NCBI GenBank assembly: GCA_938023835.1 | Contig: CALJDF010000145.1 | Location: 1 to 36,374 of the forward strand | Direction of reading: 5' to 3' | DNA: 36,374 nucleotides | Origin: an uncultured Alphaproteobacteria bacterium | GTDB lineage: Bacteria > Pseudomonadota > Alphaproteobacteria > SHVP01 | Part shown: positions 1 through 8,421 of the stretch, piece by piece | Layout of the letters: every line of letters starts with the position of its first letter | Position numbering within the stretch: the stretch's first letter is position 1 | Notes under the pieces: generated by a model | Told to the model about the DNA's origin: nothing | The model's input: the letters and a program-made list of their open reading frames with translations, nothing else | The model's database searches: none | Program-made: the position numbers and the translations under genes

Positions 1-316
1 TGTTGAAAAGGCGATTACCGAGACTGACATCGATTCGCAGCGCTGTTCGCTGCATCAGTCGACTGCGGGTTTGCTTCAAAATCAGATCGAAGGCCACCAC
101 GCAGATCATGCCGATGACGAACCCCGTTAACGTAATGACCCCTTCCGAGTTGATCACCCGGTCGTAGGTCTGCATGGTGAAGATCGGCACCGCGAGGGCT
201 AGCAAGTTGATCAAAAGTGACATCATGAACACTTCGCGATAGCTCGAGCGAAGCGGCTTCAGGAGATCCTTGAGCCAAGCTTGCTTGTCGTCGTCTTCTT
301 CAACAGGCTCAGACAT
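1..316 (-). CDS. Type I secretion system ABC transporter permease/ATPase (HlyB/LapB-like), 5' part only; runs off the window edge
   Basis: Not in the ORF track. Manual translation from the ATG at 316 gives MSEPVEEDDDKQAWLKDLLKPLRSSYREVFMMSLLINLLALAVPIFTMQTYDRVINSEGVITLTGFVIGM..., open to position 1. 'INLLALAVPIFTMQTYDRVI' is the T1SS ABC TM1 signature. There is no N-terminal C39 domain. Confidence 0.85.
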   Translation of the reverse strand, partial: MSEPVEEDDDKQAWLKDLLKPLRSSYREVFMMSLLINLLALAVPIFTMQTYDRVINSEGVITLTGFVIGMICVVAFDLILKQTRSRLMQRTALRIDVSLGNRLFN

Positions 317-496
317 CGTGTTATCTATTAGGCCTAACACACGGATTAATTGAGGAATTCTAGGCAAAAATAAGGCGAAATGACAGCGGTCTGCGGCCCC
401 TCGCGTCAGGTCGCGCCCCATCGCGTCACCACCTATATACTGCGAGCGCCCCTTGACGGCGCACGATGCCGCGCGAAACATGAATGTGGAGAGCCC

Positions 497-1396
497 ATGA
501 GCCCCAACTTGCTGCGCACCCCGGAAGAACGTTTCACTGACCTGCCGGGCTACCCATTTGAGCCGAACTACCTGGAAGACATCGTCGGAATCGAGGGAAC
601 GCGGCTCCATTACGTCGATGAGGGGTCGGCCGATGCCAAAGATTTGTTCCTCTGCCTACACGGGAATCCGTCCTGGTCGTATCTCTACCGAAAGATGATC
701 CCGGTGTTTGCCGCGGCCGGTCGCCGCGTCGTGGCGCCGGATCTGCCGGGGTTCGGCAAATCCGATAAACCGGCCGATGACGCTGTCCACACCTTCTCCT
801 ACCATCGTGACGTGCTGCGCGCCTTCATCGAAAGGCTCGACCTCAAGAACATCACTCTTGTTTGCCAGGATTGGGGCGGCTTGCTGGGCCTTACCTTGCC
901 GATGGATCTGCCAGGACGGTTCACCCGACTGCTGGTCATGAACACCGCGCTCACAACTGGTGATGAGCCGTTGAGCAAAGGGTTCGTTGCATGGCGCGAC
1001 TGGTCGAACACCCAAGATGACCTCCATGTGCCAAAGCTCTTCACCCGCATGGCGCCGCACCTAAGCCAAGCGGAATACGATGCCTACGGCGCGCCCTTCC
1101 CCGACAAGACCTACAAAGGCGTTCTGCGCCGCTTCCCCAACATTGTCCCCGAGAAGCCCGACGACGATGGGGCCGCCGTGTCGCGCCAAGCCCGCGCGTT
1201 TTGGAAGAACGACTGGTCGGGCGAAACCTTCATGGCAGTCGGCATGCAAGACCCCGTGATGGGACCAGCCACCATGAACAAATTGCAGGCGCTCATTCGC
1301 AATTGCCCGCCGGCTTATGAAATCGCCGATGGGGGCCACATGGTTCCCGAGTGGGGCGAAGAAATCGCGAAGAAAGCGCTCGCGGCGTTCGGCTAA
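497..1396 (+). CDS. Haloalkane dehalogenase, DhlA-like (subfamily HLD-I) alpha/beta hydrolase
   Basis: Motifs LCLHGNPSWSYLYRKMIP, PDLPGFGKSDKP, nucleophile QDWGG, GF.AW, GMQD (catalytic acid) and GGH (catalytic base). Start moved to ATG 497, which follows GGAGAG. Confidence 0.9.
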   Translation: MSPNLLRTPEERFTDLPGYPFEPNYLEDIVGIEGTRLHYVDEGSADAKDLFLCLHGNPSWSYLYRKMIPVFAAAGRRVVAPDLPGFGKSDKPADDAVHTFSYHRDVLRAFIERLDLKNITLVCQDWGGLLGLTLPMDLPGRFTRLLVMNTALTTGDEPLSKGFVAWRDWSNTQDDLHVPKLFTRMAPHLSQAEYDAYGAPFPDKTYKGVLRRFPNIVPEKPDDDGAAVSRQARAFWKNDWSGETFMAVGMQDPVMGPATMNKLQALIRNCPPAYEIADGGHMVPEWGEEIAKKALAAFG

Positions 1397-1419
1397 GATC
1401 CACAACCACACAGCCCATC

Positions 1420-1845
1420 ATGCCTAGCCCACCCCCGGGATTCGGGGCGCGCGCCCCCGACGATAGTTTCAACGACACCATGGGTCCGGTCTACGCCAGC
1501 GAGTCGGGACCGCCGTGGCGGCTCGGGCTGTGGGCCGCGCCCAAACATCAAAATCCACATGGGTTGGTTGACGGTGGTTTGATCATGGCCCTGACGGATC
1601 ACGCCATTGGCTTCAATATCTTTCGAAGCGTCGACGGCGGGACATCCTTCGTCACGGTCAGTTTGAACGTCGACTTCATCGCCGGCGGCCGTCTGGGCGA
1701 GTGGATCGAAGCGGTCCCAGAGATCGTCCGAAAGACCCGCACCTTAGTGTTCGCAAGAGCGCAGATCTTGGCAGAGGGCGATCGGCTGATCGCGACGGCA
1801 AGCGGTGTGTGGAAGTTCGTCGAGACGCGAAAAGTCGCGCGCTAA
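1420..1845 (+). CDS. PaaI-family (hotdog-fold) thioesterase
   Basis: HQNPHGLVDGGLIMALTDH, VTVSLNVDFI, IATASGVWK. Start taken as ATG 1420 to avoid overlapping the upstream gene. Confidence 0.85.
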   Translation: MPSPPPGFGARAPDDSFNDTMGPVYASESGPPWRLGLWAAPKHQNPHGLVDGGLIMALTDHAIGFNIFRSVDGGTSFVTVSLNVDFIAGGRLGEWIEAVPEIVRKTRTLVFARAQILAEGDRLIATASGVWKFVETRKVAR

Positions 1846-2141
1846 CCCAGCAGCGACTGCAGCTTCATTGCGATTCCCATACTGCCGTCGATCTTGAGTT
1901 TCCCCATCATAAATGCAGTGGTCGGGTTGAGATCGCCATCGACAAGTTTCAAGAAATTATCCAGCGTTATAGTAATCGTGCAGTCCGCTTCGCGATCTTC
2001 GTTCGTGACGGTGTTCGGCGTGCTTTCGCCATCGAAGAAGATGATGCCGTCGTCGCCAAAGTCGAACTTGATCGTGGCATCGATGCCAGCATCATCACCG
2101 ACCCGGGTACGAAGACCTTCGGTTACCTGATCCAAATCCAT
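1842..2141 (-). CDS. SCP2 sterol/lipid-binding domain protein (99 aa)
   Basis: ADCTITITLDNFLKLVDGDLNPTTAFMMGKLKIDGSMGIAMKL; strong RBS AAGGAG upstream of ATG 2141. Confidence 0.92.
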   Translation of the reverse strand: MDLDQVTEGLRTRVGDDAGIDATIKFDFGDDGIIFFDGESTPNTVTNEDREADCTITITLDNFLKLVDGDLNPTTAFMMGKLKIDGSMGIAMKLQSLLG

Positions 2142-2223
2142 AGTATTCTCCTTGCCCGGATAGTGCGGTGCGACGTGCCAAGGTAGCAAACCGTGCGTAA
2201 TCAAACTACGGCGAGGTAATGAG

Positions 2224-3045
2224 ATGACGACCACCCTTCCCGAGTGCACGTGGTTGACCTTGCGGCAAGAGGGTTTCCACCTGACGATCACGCTCAACCG
2301 ACCTGATGCGCGCAACGCGATGAGTGCGGCGATGGCGTTGGAGCTGGCGGACGTCTTCAACGCCGTATCCACGCATCGCGAGATCGCAGCCATCGTCCTG
2401 CGCGGCGCCGGTAAGCACTTCTGCGCGGGCGGTGACCTAAAAGATATGACGGACGCGATCGACCCACCGCCGCCAGGCGCACCGGACCCTCTCTACGAGG
2501 TCAATCGGCGCTTCGGTGATCTGTTGACCATGGTCGACCGGGTACCGCAGGCCGTGGTTGCTGTCGTGCACGGGGCGGCGCGGGGCGGCGGGTTTGGACT
2601 GATTTGCGCCGCCGATGTCGTGATCGCCCAGAAGGACTCGACCTACGCCATGCCCGAAACCGGCTTCGGATTACCCGGCGCGCAGATCATCCCCTTTGTC
2701 TCGCAACGTCTGGGCGCCCACTACGCGCGCCGCCTTGTGGTCACCGGGGACGCCGTCGACGGTACGGAAATGCACCGCGCAGGGCTCGTGTCCCATCTTT
2801 GTGACGATGAAGAACAAGCAGAGGCAGCCCTTCGGGCCGTCTTGGATCAAATCAAAGGACGCTCGCCAACGGCGATCGCGCAGTCCAAAGCGCTCATCGG
2901 CAAGGTCGGCCAGGTTCCATTGTCGCTACTGTTGGACGAAGGCGGTCGCCTCGTCGCCGAAGGCACCCGCGACGGCGACGGTCGCGAAGGGCTCAACGCG
3001 TTCTTCGACAAGCGAAAGCCAAGTTGGACCCAACGCGAGGGCTAG
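2224..3045 (+). CDS. Enoyl-CoA hydratase/isomerase, AtuE/LiuC-like (isohexenylglutaconyl- or methylglutaconyl-CoA hydratase type)
   Basis: TLNRPDARNAMS, FCAGGDL, GGGFGL, MPETGFG..AQIIPFV, EGLNAFFDKRKPSW; RBS GAGG. Recalled resemblance to Pseudomonas AtuE. Confidence 0.85.
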   Translation: MTTTLPECTWLTLRQEGFHLTITLNRPDARNAMSAAMALELADVFNAVSTHREIAAIVLRGAGKHFCAGGDLKDMTDAIDPPPPGAPDPLYEVNRRFGDLLTMVDRVPQAVVAVVHGAARGGGFGLICAADVVIAQKDSTYAMPETGFGLPGAQIIPFVSQRLGAHYARRLVVTGDAVDGTEMHRAGLVSHLCDDEEQAEAALRAVLDQIKGRSPTAIAQSKALIGKVGQVPLSLLLDEGGRLVAEGTRDGDGREGLNAFFDKRKPSWTQREG

Positions 3046-3057
3046 GCCGCGTTTTGC

Positions 3058-4848
3058 CTAGAACGCCTCTTCGTCGAACGACATAAGCGGGTCAGCCCCC
3101 GACATGATCTTGGACAAAAGAGAGGACGTGTCAGGCATGACTTTCGTCATGTAGTAACGCGCGAGCTTGATTTTGTTTTCATGGAACGCCTTGTCACCTT
3201 CGCCTTCAGCGATTTTTCCGGCACTGACCTTCGCCATTCGCGCCCACATGAACCCAAGTGCGACCAAGCCGAACATCTTCAGATAGTCGGATGACGCGGC
3301 GCCGGCTTGCATTGGATCCTTGAGGCCATTCTCTGCGATCCATGCGGTCGCCTGTTGAAGACGCGCGAACGATTTTGCCAAGTTCATGACGAGATCGCCG
3401 AGCTCTTTATCTTCAGCGTTTTCTTGAATGAACTGATCGACCGGATGGAAGAACTGGCGCAGCAATCGGCCCGTACCCTGGGGTAGCTTCCGTCCGACGA
3501 GATCTAGCGCCTGGATTCCGCTGGTGCCTTCATATAGCTGCGTAATGCGCGCATCGCGAACGAACTGCTCCATGCCATGCTCGCGGATGTAGCCGTGCCC
3601 GCCAAAGCATTGAAGCGCCAGATTGACGGTCTCAAAGCCGGTATCCGTGAGAAACGCCTTCAGCACCGGCATGATCAATCCGACCAAATCGTCCGCGTCC
3701 TTGCGAACGGATTCATCGGGGTGTCTTTCCGACAGGTCGATATGTAGCGCCGTCCACATCGCGAGAGCGCGGGCCCCTTCGTTAAAGGCCCGCGCATTCA
3801 ACAACATCCGTCGAACGTCGGGATGCACAATGATCGGGTCGGCCGCTTTGTCCGGATACACGGCCCCCGAAAGCGAGCGCCCCTGAATCCGTTCCTTCGC
3901 GTACGTTGCCGCGTTCTGATAGGCGACCTCGGACAACCCCAAGCCTTGCACGCCGACGCCGAGCCGCGCCTCGTTCATCATTACAAACATCGCGCGCATA
4001 CCCTTGTTGGGTTCGCCGATAAGGTAGCCGGTCGCGCCGTCGTAGTTCATAACGCACGTCGCCGACGCCTTGAGCCCCATCTTGTGCTCAATTGATCCGC
4101 AAGTGACGCCGTTTCGGGCGCCAAGCGATCCGTCCTCGTTTACTAAGACTTTGGGCACGATAAAGAGGCTAATGCCGCGAATGCCGTCCGGCGCGTCGGG
4201 CAGACGGGCCAGAACGAGATGAATAATGTTTTCGGTGAGGTCGTGCTCCCCGGCCGAAATGAAGATCTTGGTCCCTGTAATCTTGTAGCTGCCATCGCTC
4301 TGCGGTTCGGCTTTTGTGCGCAGCAGCCCAAGATCGGTCCCGCAATGGGGTTCGGTCAAATTCATCGTGCCGCCCCATTCGCCGCTTGCGAGCTTGGGGA
4401 GGTAGAGCGCTTTTTGTGCCTCAGAGCCGGTCTTGTTGATGGCCTGGTAAGCACCACGGGCCAACCCGGGATAAGTCCCAAACGACATGTTGGCCGAGAT
4501 GATCATTTCGGAGAACGCAATGCCGAGGACATTCGGTAGGCCCTGACCCCCATGCTCCGGATCGCAGGTCAGCGACGGCCAACCGCCCTCGACAAAGGTC
4601 TGGTAGGCTTCCTCGAACCCTTTCGGGGTTGTCACCCCTTCTTTGGTCCAATGGCACCCTTCCTCGTCGGCCGGCTGGTTTAGGGGATGTAAAACCTCCT
4701 GAGTCAGGCGCGCACCCTCTTCGAGAATCGCATCGACAATGTCGTCGCTTGCCTCGGCGAAGCCAGGGAGGTTGTCGTAACGACCGATCTCTAGGACATC
4801 GTTCAACAAATATCGCATGTCGGAAAGTGGCGCTTGATAGGTCGGCAT
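3058..4848 (-). CDS. Acyl-CoA dehydrogenase, ~600-aa DmdC/FadE5-like subfamily
   Basis: MPTYQAPL start, GTMNLTEPHCGTDLG, IEHKMG, FGGHGYI, LYEGTSGIQALDLVGRK; RBS GAGGA before ATG 4848. Confidence 0.93.
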   Translation of the reverse strand: MPTYQAPLSDMRYLLNDVLEIGRYDNLPGFAEASDDIVDAILEEGARLTQEVLHPLNQPADEEGCHWTKEGVTTPKGFEEAYQTFVEGGWPSLTCDPEHGGQGLPNVLGIAFSEMIISANMSFGTYPGLARGAYQAINKTGSEAQKALYLPKLASGEWGGTMNLTEPHCGTDLGLLRTKAEPQSDGSYKITGTKIFISAGEHDLTENIIHLVLARLPDAPDGIRGISLFIVPKVLVNEDGSLGARNGVTCGSIEHKMGLKASATCVMNYDGATGYLIGEPNKGMRAMFVMMNEARLGVGVQGLGLSEVAYQNAATYAKERIQGRSLSGAVYPDKAADPIIVHPDVRRMLLNARAFNEGARALAMWTALHIDLSERHPDESVRKDADDLVGLIMPVLKAFLTDTGFETVNLALQCFGGHGYIREHGMEQFVRDARITQLYEGTSGIQALDLVGRKLPQGTGRLLRQFFHPVDQFIQENAEDKELGDLVMNLAKSFARLQQATAWIAENGLKDPMQAGAASSDYLKMFGLVALGFMWARMAKVSAGKIAEGEGDKAFHENKIKLARYYMTKVMPDTSSLLSKIMSGADPLMSFDEEAF

Positions 4849-4867
4849 GGCGTTTGTCCTCGTGGGA

Positions 4868-7207
4868 TCAATTGCGGAGAGGCTTGCCGGTGGCGAGCAT
4901 GTGCTCAATCCGGTCGAGCGTCGGCGGCATTCGGAATAGTCGCGCCATCGCGGCGCGCTCAAGGTCGAGCAGGTCCTTCTCGGTGACGATGTCGGTCACA
5001 TCCGTTTCGCCACCCGACAACACCGTTGCGAGTTCGTGAGATACGGTGACGTCATGCGGCGTCGCCTTACCGGCTTTTGCGAGATCGGATACCGCCATAT
5101 CCAGGGCAACACGTGCCGTCGGCCCCGGCAGATTCAACTCGATGTCTTTTTCGGGCGGCACGTAGTCCGCAGCAAGCGACAGCGCCTTTGCTTTGGCGTC
5201 CGACAGCACGCGCCGCCGGTTCATCGTGACGGCATCGCTGTCGCGAAGGAACAAGAGGTCGCGCGCCTCTGCCGCAGACTTCGAGACCTTGGCCAGTCCA
5301 ATCGTCTGAAAGGCCTCAGCAACAGGCGGCATCGGGCCACCTGGGCGCTTCTTGTTGGCGAAATTTCGCAAGACCAGTTCCTTCGAGCCGCCCCATCCGG
5401 GGATCAGACCTACGCCGACCTCAACAAGCCCCATATAAAGTTCGGCATGTGCTTGAACGGCGTCGGCATGAAGGCAAATCTCGCAGCCACCGCCGAGTGC
5501 CATGCCGGCCGGCGCAGCCACCACGGGAAACGCGGCATACTTGAGTGCCATGTACGCGTCTTGACCTTCTTTGATGCTCATCTCGAGGACAGGCCACATC
5601 GCGGTATTCGCAGCAAACAACCCAAGACCAACATTGGCACCGACCGAGAAATTGTCGGCGTCATTATTGATCACCAAGGCTTTGAAACCTTTCTTGTCAA
5701 TCTTCGCGGCCTTCTTGACCATCTCGATCGTGCCCGAGTCGATCGAGTTCATCTTGCTGTGGAACTCTAGGCACGCAACCCCGTCGCCGAGGTCCCAAAG
5801 GCTGGCCGAGCCGTTGCCGTCGATGCGGTCCTTGCCACGCTTGATGTCAGCCAACATCCAGGCCCCATCGGGGATTTCGATATCACGATAGGTACCATCA
5901 AGGTCGAGGAACTGGCGGGCTGTCCCCTCCTCACGGTAAAGCGGCCGCCCGGCCGCGGTCTTGATGAGCGCAGGGACTTCAAGCCCGTCCCTCTCAAGCC
6001 GTTCCGCGAAATACGCGGTACCAAGCTGGTCGATCTGTTCGAAGGGCCCGAACTTCCAGGCGTATCCAGCCTTCATCGCGTTATCGACAGATACGATATT
6101 GTCGGCGATCTCCGGGATGAGATCGGCCGCATATTTCAGAACATGCGAGAGGACGGCCCAGGCGTATGCGCCGCCCCGGTCATCAAATTCAACCAAGGAC
6201 CGAAGCCCTTTTCGTCCGGCTTCGACACTTCCAAGTCGTGCTTTGACGCTGTCGCGATATTCCCCGGTCTTGAGATCTAGACCCTCTTTTTTCTTAGACG
6301 CCCCATTACGCACCAACCGGTAGAAGCCGCCCTTGCCTTTGCGGCCCGTATAGCCGTCGGCGACCATCTTGTCGGTCAACGTGTTGAGCGGATGGCTGGT
6401 GTCGAATTGACCGTGAAAAGCATCGGTGTTCGGCAAAAGGGACGCCATCGAACCCAGCACATGGTCTTTGAGATCGATCCCGGTGAGATCCATCAAGCCG
6501 AAGATACCGGTCTTGGGAATACCCATCGGACGCCCCACGATGGCATCGGCTTCTTCGACGGTGAGCCCGATGTCGTAGGCCTGCTGGGTCGCCACCATGC
6601 TCCAGAAGATGCCGAGCCGGTTGGCGATAAATCCCGGCGTGTCGTTACAATCGATAACCTCTTTGCCGAGGCGGACATCACCAAACGCGCGCAGCGTCTC
6701 GATCGCATCGGGGCGGGTCTTGGATCCAGCGACGACCTCCAGCAGCCGCATGTAGCGCGGTGGGTTGAAAAAGTGTGTCACGGCGAAGTCCACCGCAAAC
6801 GTTTCGGGCATTCCCTCGAGCAGATTGGCCAAAGGAATCGTCGAGGTGTTAGAGGTGACGATGGCGCCCTTCTTTCGATGGTCGTCAACCTTGCGGTAGA
6901 CATCGTGCTTGATATCGACGTTCTCTAGAACGGCTTCGCAAATCCAATCGCAATCGGCCAGGAGTTCAAGGTCGTCCTCGAGATTGCCCGGCGTGATGTT
7001 CTTCGCATTACGCCGATGCATCAGCGGCGCGGGGCTCGTCTTCAACAACTTTGCGATTGCGCCCTTGGCTATCGCGCTGCGATCCGTCGCCCCTTCGGGG
7101 ACGATGTCGAGAAGCACCACAGGGATACCCGCGTTGGCCACTTGTGCTGCGATGCCGGCACCCATGACGCCGGACCCAACCACCGCAACTTTCTTGATCT
7201 CACTCAT
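4868..7207 (-). CDS. fadN: 3-hydroxyacyl-CoA dehydrogenase / enoyl-CoA hydratase fusion (FadN type)
   Basis: N-terminal GSGVMGAGIA Rossmann motif, SNTSTIP, HFFNPPRYMRLLE, PGFIANR; C-terminal crotonase region FSVGAN and ALGGGCE; ends GKPLRN. Confidence 0.92.
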   Translation of the reverse strand: MSEIKKVAVVGSGVMGAGIAAQVANAGIPVVLLDIVPEGATDRSAIAKGAIAKLLKTSPAPLMHRRNAKNITPGNLEDDLELLADCDWICEAVLENVDIKHDVYRKVDDHRKKGAIVTSNTSTIPLANLLEGMPETFAVDFAVTHFFNPPRYMRLLEVVAGSKTRPDAIETLRAFGDVRLGKEVIDCNDTPGFIANRLGIFWSMVATQQAYDIGLTVEEADAIVGRPMGIPKTGIFGLMDLTGIDLKDHVLGSMASLLPNTDAFHGQFDTSHPLNTLTDKMVADGYTGRKGKGGFYRLVRNGASKKKEGLDLKTGEYRDSVKARLGSVEAGRKGLRSLVEFDDRGGAYAWAVLSHVLKYAADLIPEIADNIVSVDNAMKAGYAWKFGPFEQIDQLGTAYFAERLERDGLEVPALIKTAAGRPLYREEGTARQFLDLDGTYRDIEIPDGAWMLADIKRGKDRIDGNGSASLWDLGDGVACLEFHSKMNSIDSGTIEMVKKAAKIDKKGFKALVINNDADNFSVGANVGLGLFAANTAMWPVLEMSIKEGQDAYMALKYAAFPVVAAPAGMALGGGCEICLHADAVQAHAELYMGLVEVGVGLIPGWGGSKELVLRNFANKKRPGGPMPPVAEAFQTIGLAKVSKSAAEARDLLFLRDSDAVTMNRRRVLSDAKAKALSLAADYVPPEKDIELNLPGPTARVALDMAVSDLAKAGKATPHDVTVSHELATVLSGGETDVTDIVTEKDLLDLERAAMARLFRMPPTLDRIEHMLATGKPLRN

Positions 7208-7256
7208 AAATCCACCCTGCCGCTATAGCGGCCATTTAGTCGCACGTGATTGATTG

Positions 7257-8393
7257 CTACGCGGCTTCAAGAACGGTGGCGATCCCTTGTCCGCCACCGA
7301 TGCATTGCGTTGCTAGTCCCAGGTTTTTACCCTCGCGCTTCATCAAGCTCGCGACCTTCCCGGTGATCCGAGCGCCCGTCGCACCGAGCGGATGCCCCAG
7401 GGCGATCGCGCCGCCATCCAAATTGACTTTGGCCAGGTCCATTTCGGCTTTGTCGATTACCCCAAGGGCTTGCGCGGCAAATGCTTCGTTGAGCTCGATG
7501 ACATCAATGTCCTTGATGGTGACGCCTGCACGGTCCAAGGCCTTTTTAGTGGCCCCAACAGGACCCATGCCCATCGTTTCCGGCGCACAACCGTAAACGG
7601 CAATGCTGCGAATCCGAGCGATCGCATCGAGGCCGTTGGCCTTGGCGTAATCCTCGCTGCAGACCAAAACAGCAGAAGCCCCATCGGTGAGAGGCGAAGA
7701 CGTACCGGCCGTCACCGTACCGTTCTCGTCGAAGGCTGGATTGAGCCCGGCGAGCACGGCCGTTGTGGTCTCGGGTCGGATGCACCCATCCTCCTCGACG
7801 CGCAGACTGCCTTGCTCGATGGCAACGATTTCGTCCTTCAGTTTTCCGGCTTCGCGAGCAGAGGCTGCCTTGTTCTGGCTTTGCACCGCAAATTCTTCCT
7901 GACGCGCGCGATCGATTTTGTATTTGCGCGCCACGTTTTCTGCTGTCTCACCCATCGAAATATAGACTTCGGGATGCTCCGCGTAGAGCTTCGGACTAGG
8001 CGACGGGTTGAACCCGGCCATGGGGACACGTGACATCGATTCAATCCCCGCGCAGACAAAGGCCTCACCCGCATTCATCTGAATGGCACCCGCAGCCATG
8101 TGGATCGATTGCATGGACGAGCCGCAGAACCGGTTTACTGTTGTGCCTGCGACCGTGATCGGCAGGTCGGCGAGGAAATCGACGATGCGCGCAACGTTGA
8201 ACCCCTGCTCGCCCTCGGGAAACGCGCAGCCCATGATCAAATCCTCGATGTCCTCGGGGTTGACGCCAGACCGCTCGATCAGCGCCTTAACTACCTGCCC
8301 AGCCATTTCGTCCGGTCGCACCTTCGCAAGATCACCCTTGCGCGCGAGGTGAAACGGTGAACGCACATAGCCTGCAATCACGACATTCTTCAT
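7257..8393 (-). CDS. Acetyl-CoA C-acyltransferase (3-ketoacyl-CoA thiolase)
   Basis: NRFCGSS, ELNEAFAAQ, GGAIALGHPLGATG, CIGGGQG; RBS AAGGAG before ATG 8393. Confidence 0.96.
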   Translation of the reverse strand: MKNVVIAGYVRSPFHLARKGDLAKVRPDEMAGQVVKALIERSGVNPEDIEDLIMGCAFPEGEQGFNVARIVDFLADLPITVAGTTVNRFCGSSMQSIHMAAGAIQMNAGEAFVCAGIESMSRVPMAGFNPSPSPKLYAEHPEVYISMGETAENVARKYKIDRARQEEFAVQSQNKAASAREAGKLKDEIVAIEQGSLRVEEDGCIRPETTTAVLAGLNPAFDENGTVTAGTSSPLTDGASAVLVCSEDYAKANGLDAIARIRSIAVYGCAPETMGMGPVGATKKALDRAGVTIKDIDVIELNEAFAAQALGVIDKAEMDLAKVNLDGGAIALGHPLGATGARITGKVASLMKREGKNLGLATQCIGGGQGIATVLEAA

Positions 8394-8421
8394 CGAGGTT
8401 CTCCTTGTGTGTATGCCACGG

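Noticed and set aside
15-278. 87-aa minus-strand ORF in the track
   Set aside because: It is an alternative frame of the real T1SS ABC gene starting at 316.
325-362. AT-rich CTAAC..TTAA segment resembling a CtrA box
   Set aside because: The spacing and half-sites do not fit TTAA-N7-TTAA; it is probably just promoter DNA.
3042-3061. CTAGGC-N8-GCCTAG hairpin covering two convergent stop codons
   Set aside because: The 6-bp stem is partly forced by the two TAG stops and there is no U-tract; too weak to call a terminator.
3058-4848. Assigning dmdC and a DMSP demethylation pathway linked to soeABC
   Set aside because: This subfamily includes many general acyl-CoA dehydrogenases, and no dmdA or dmdD is visible in the window.
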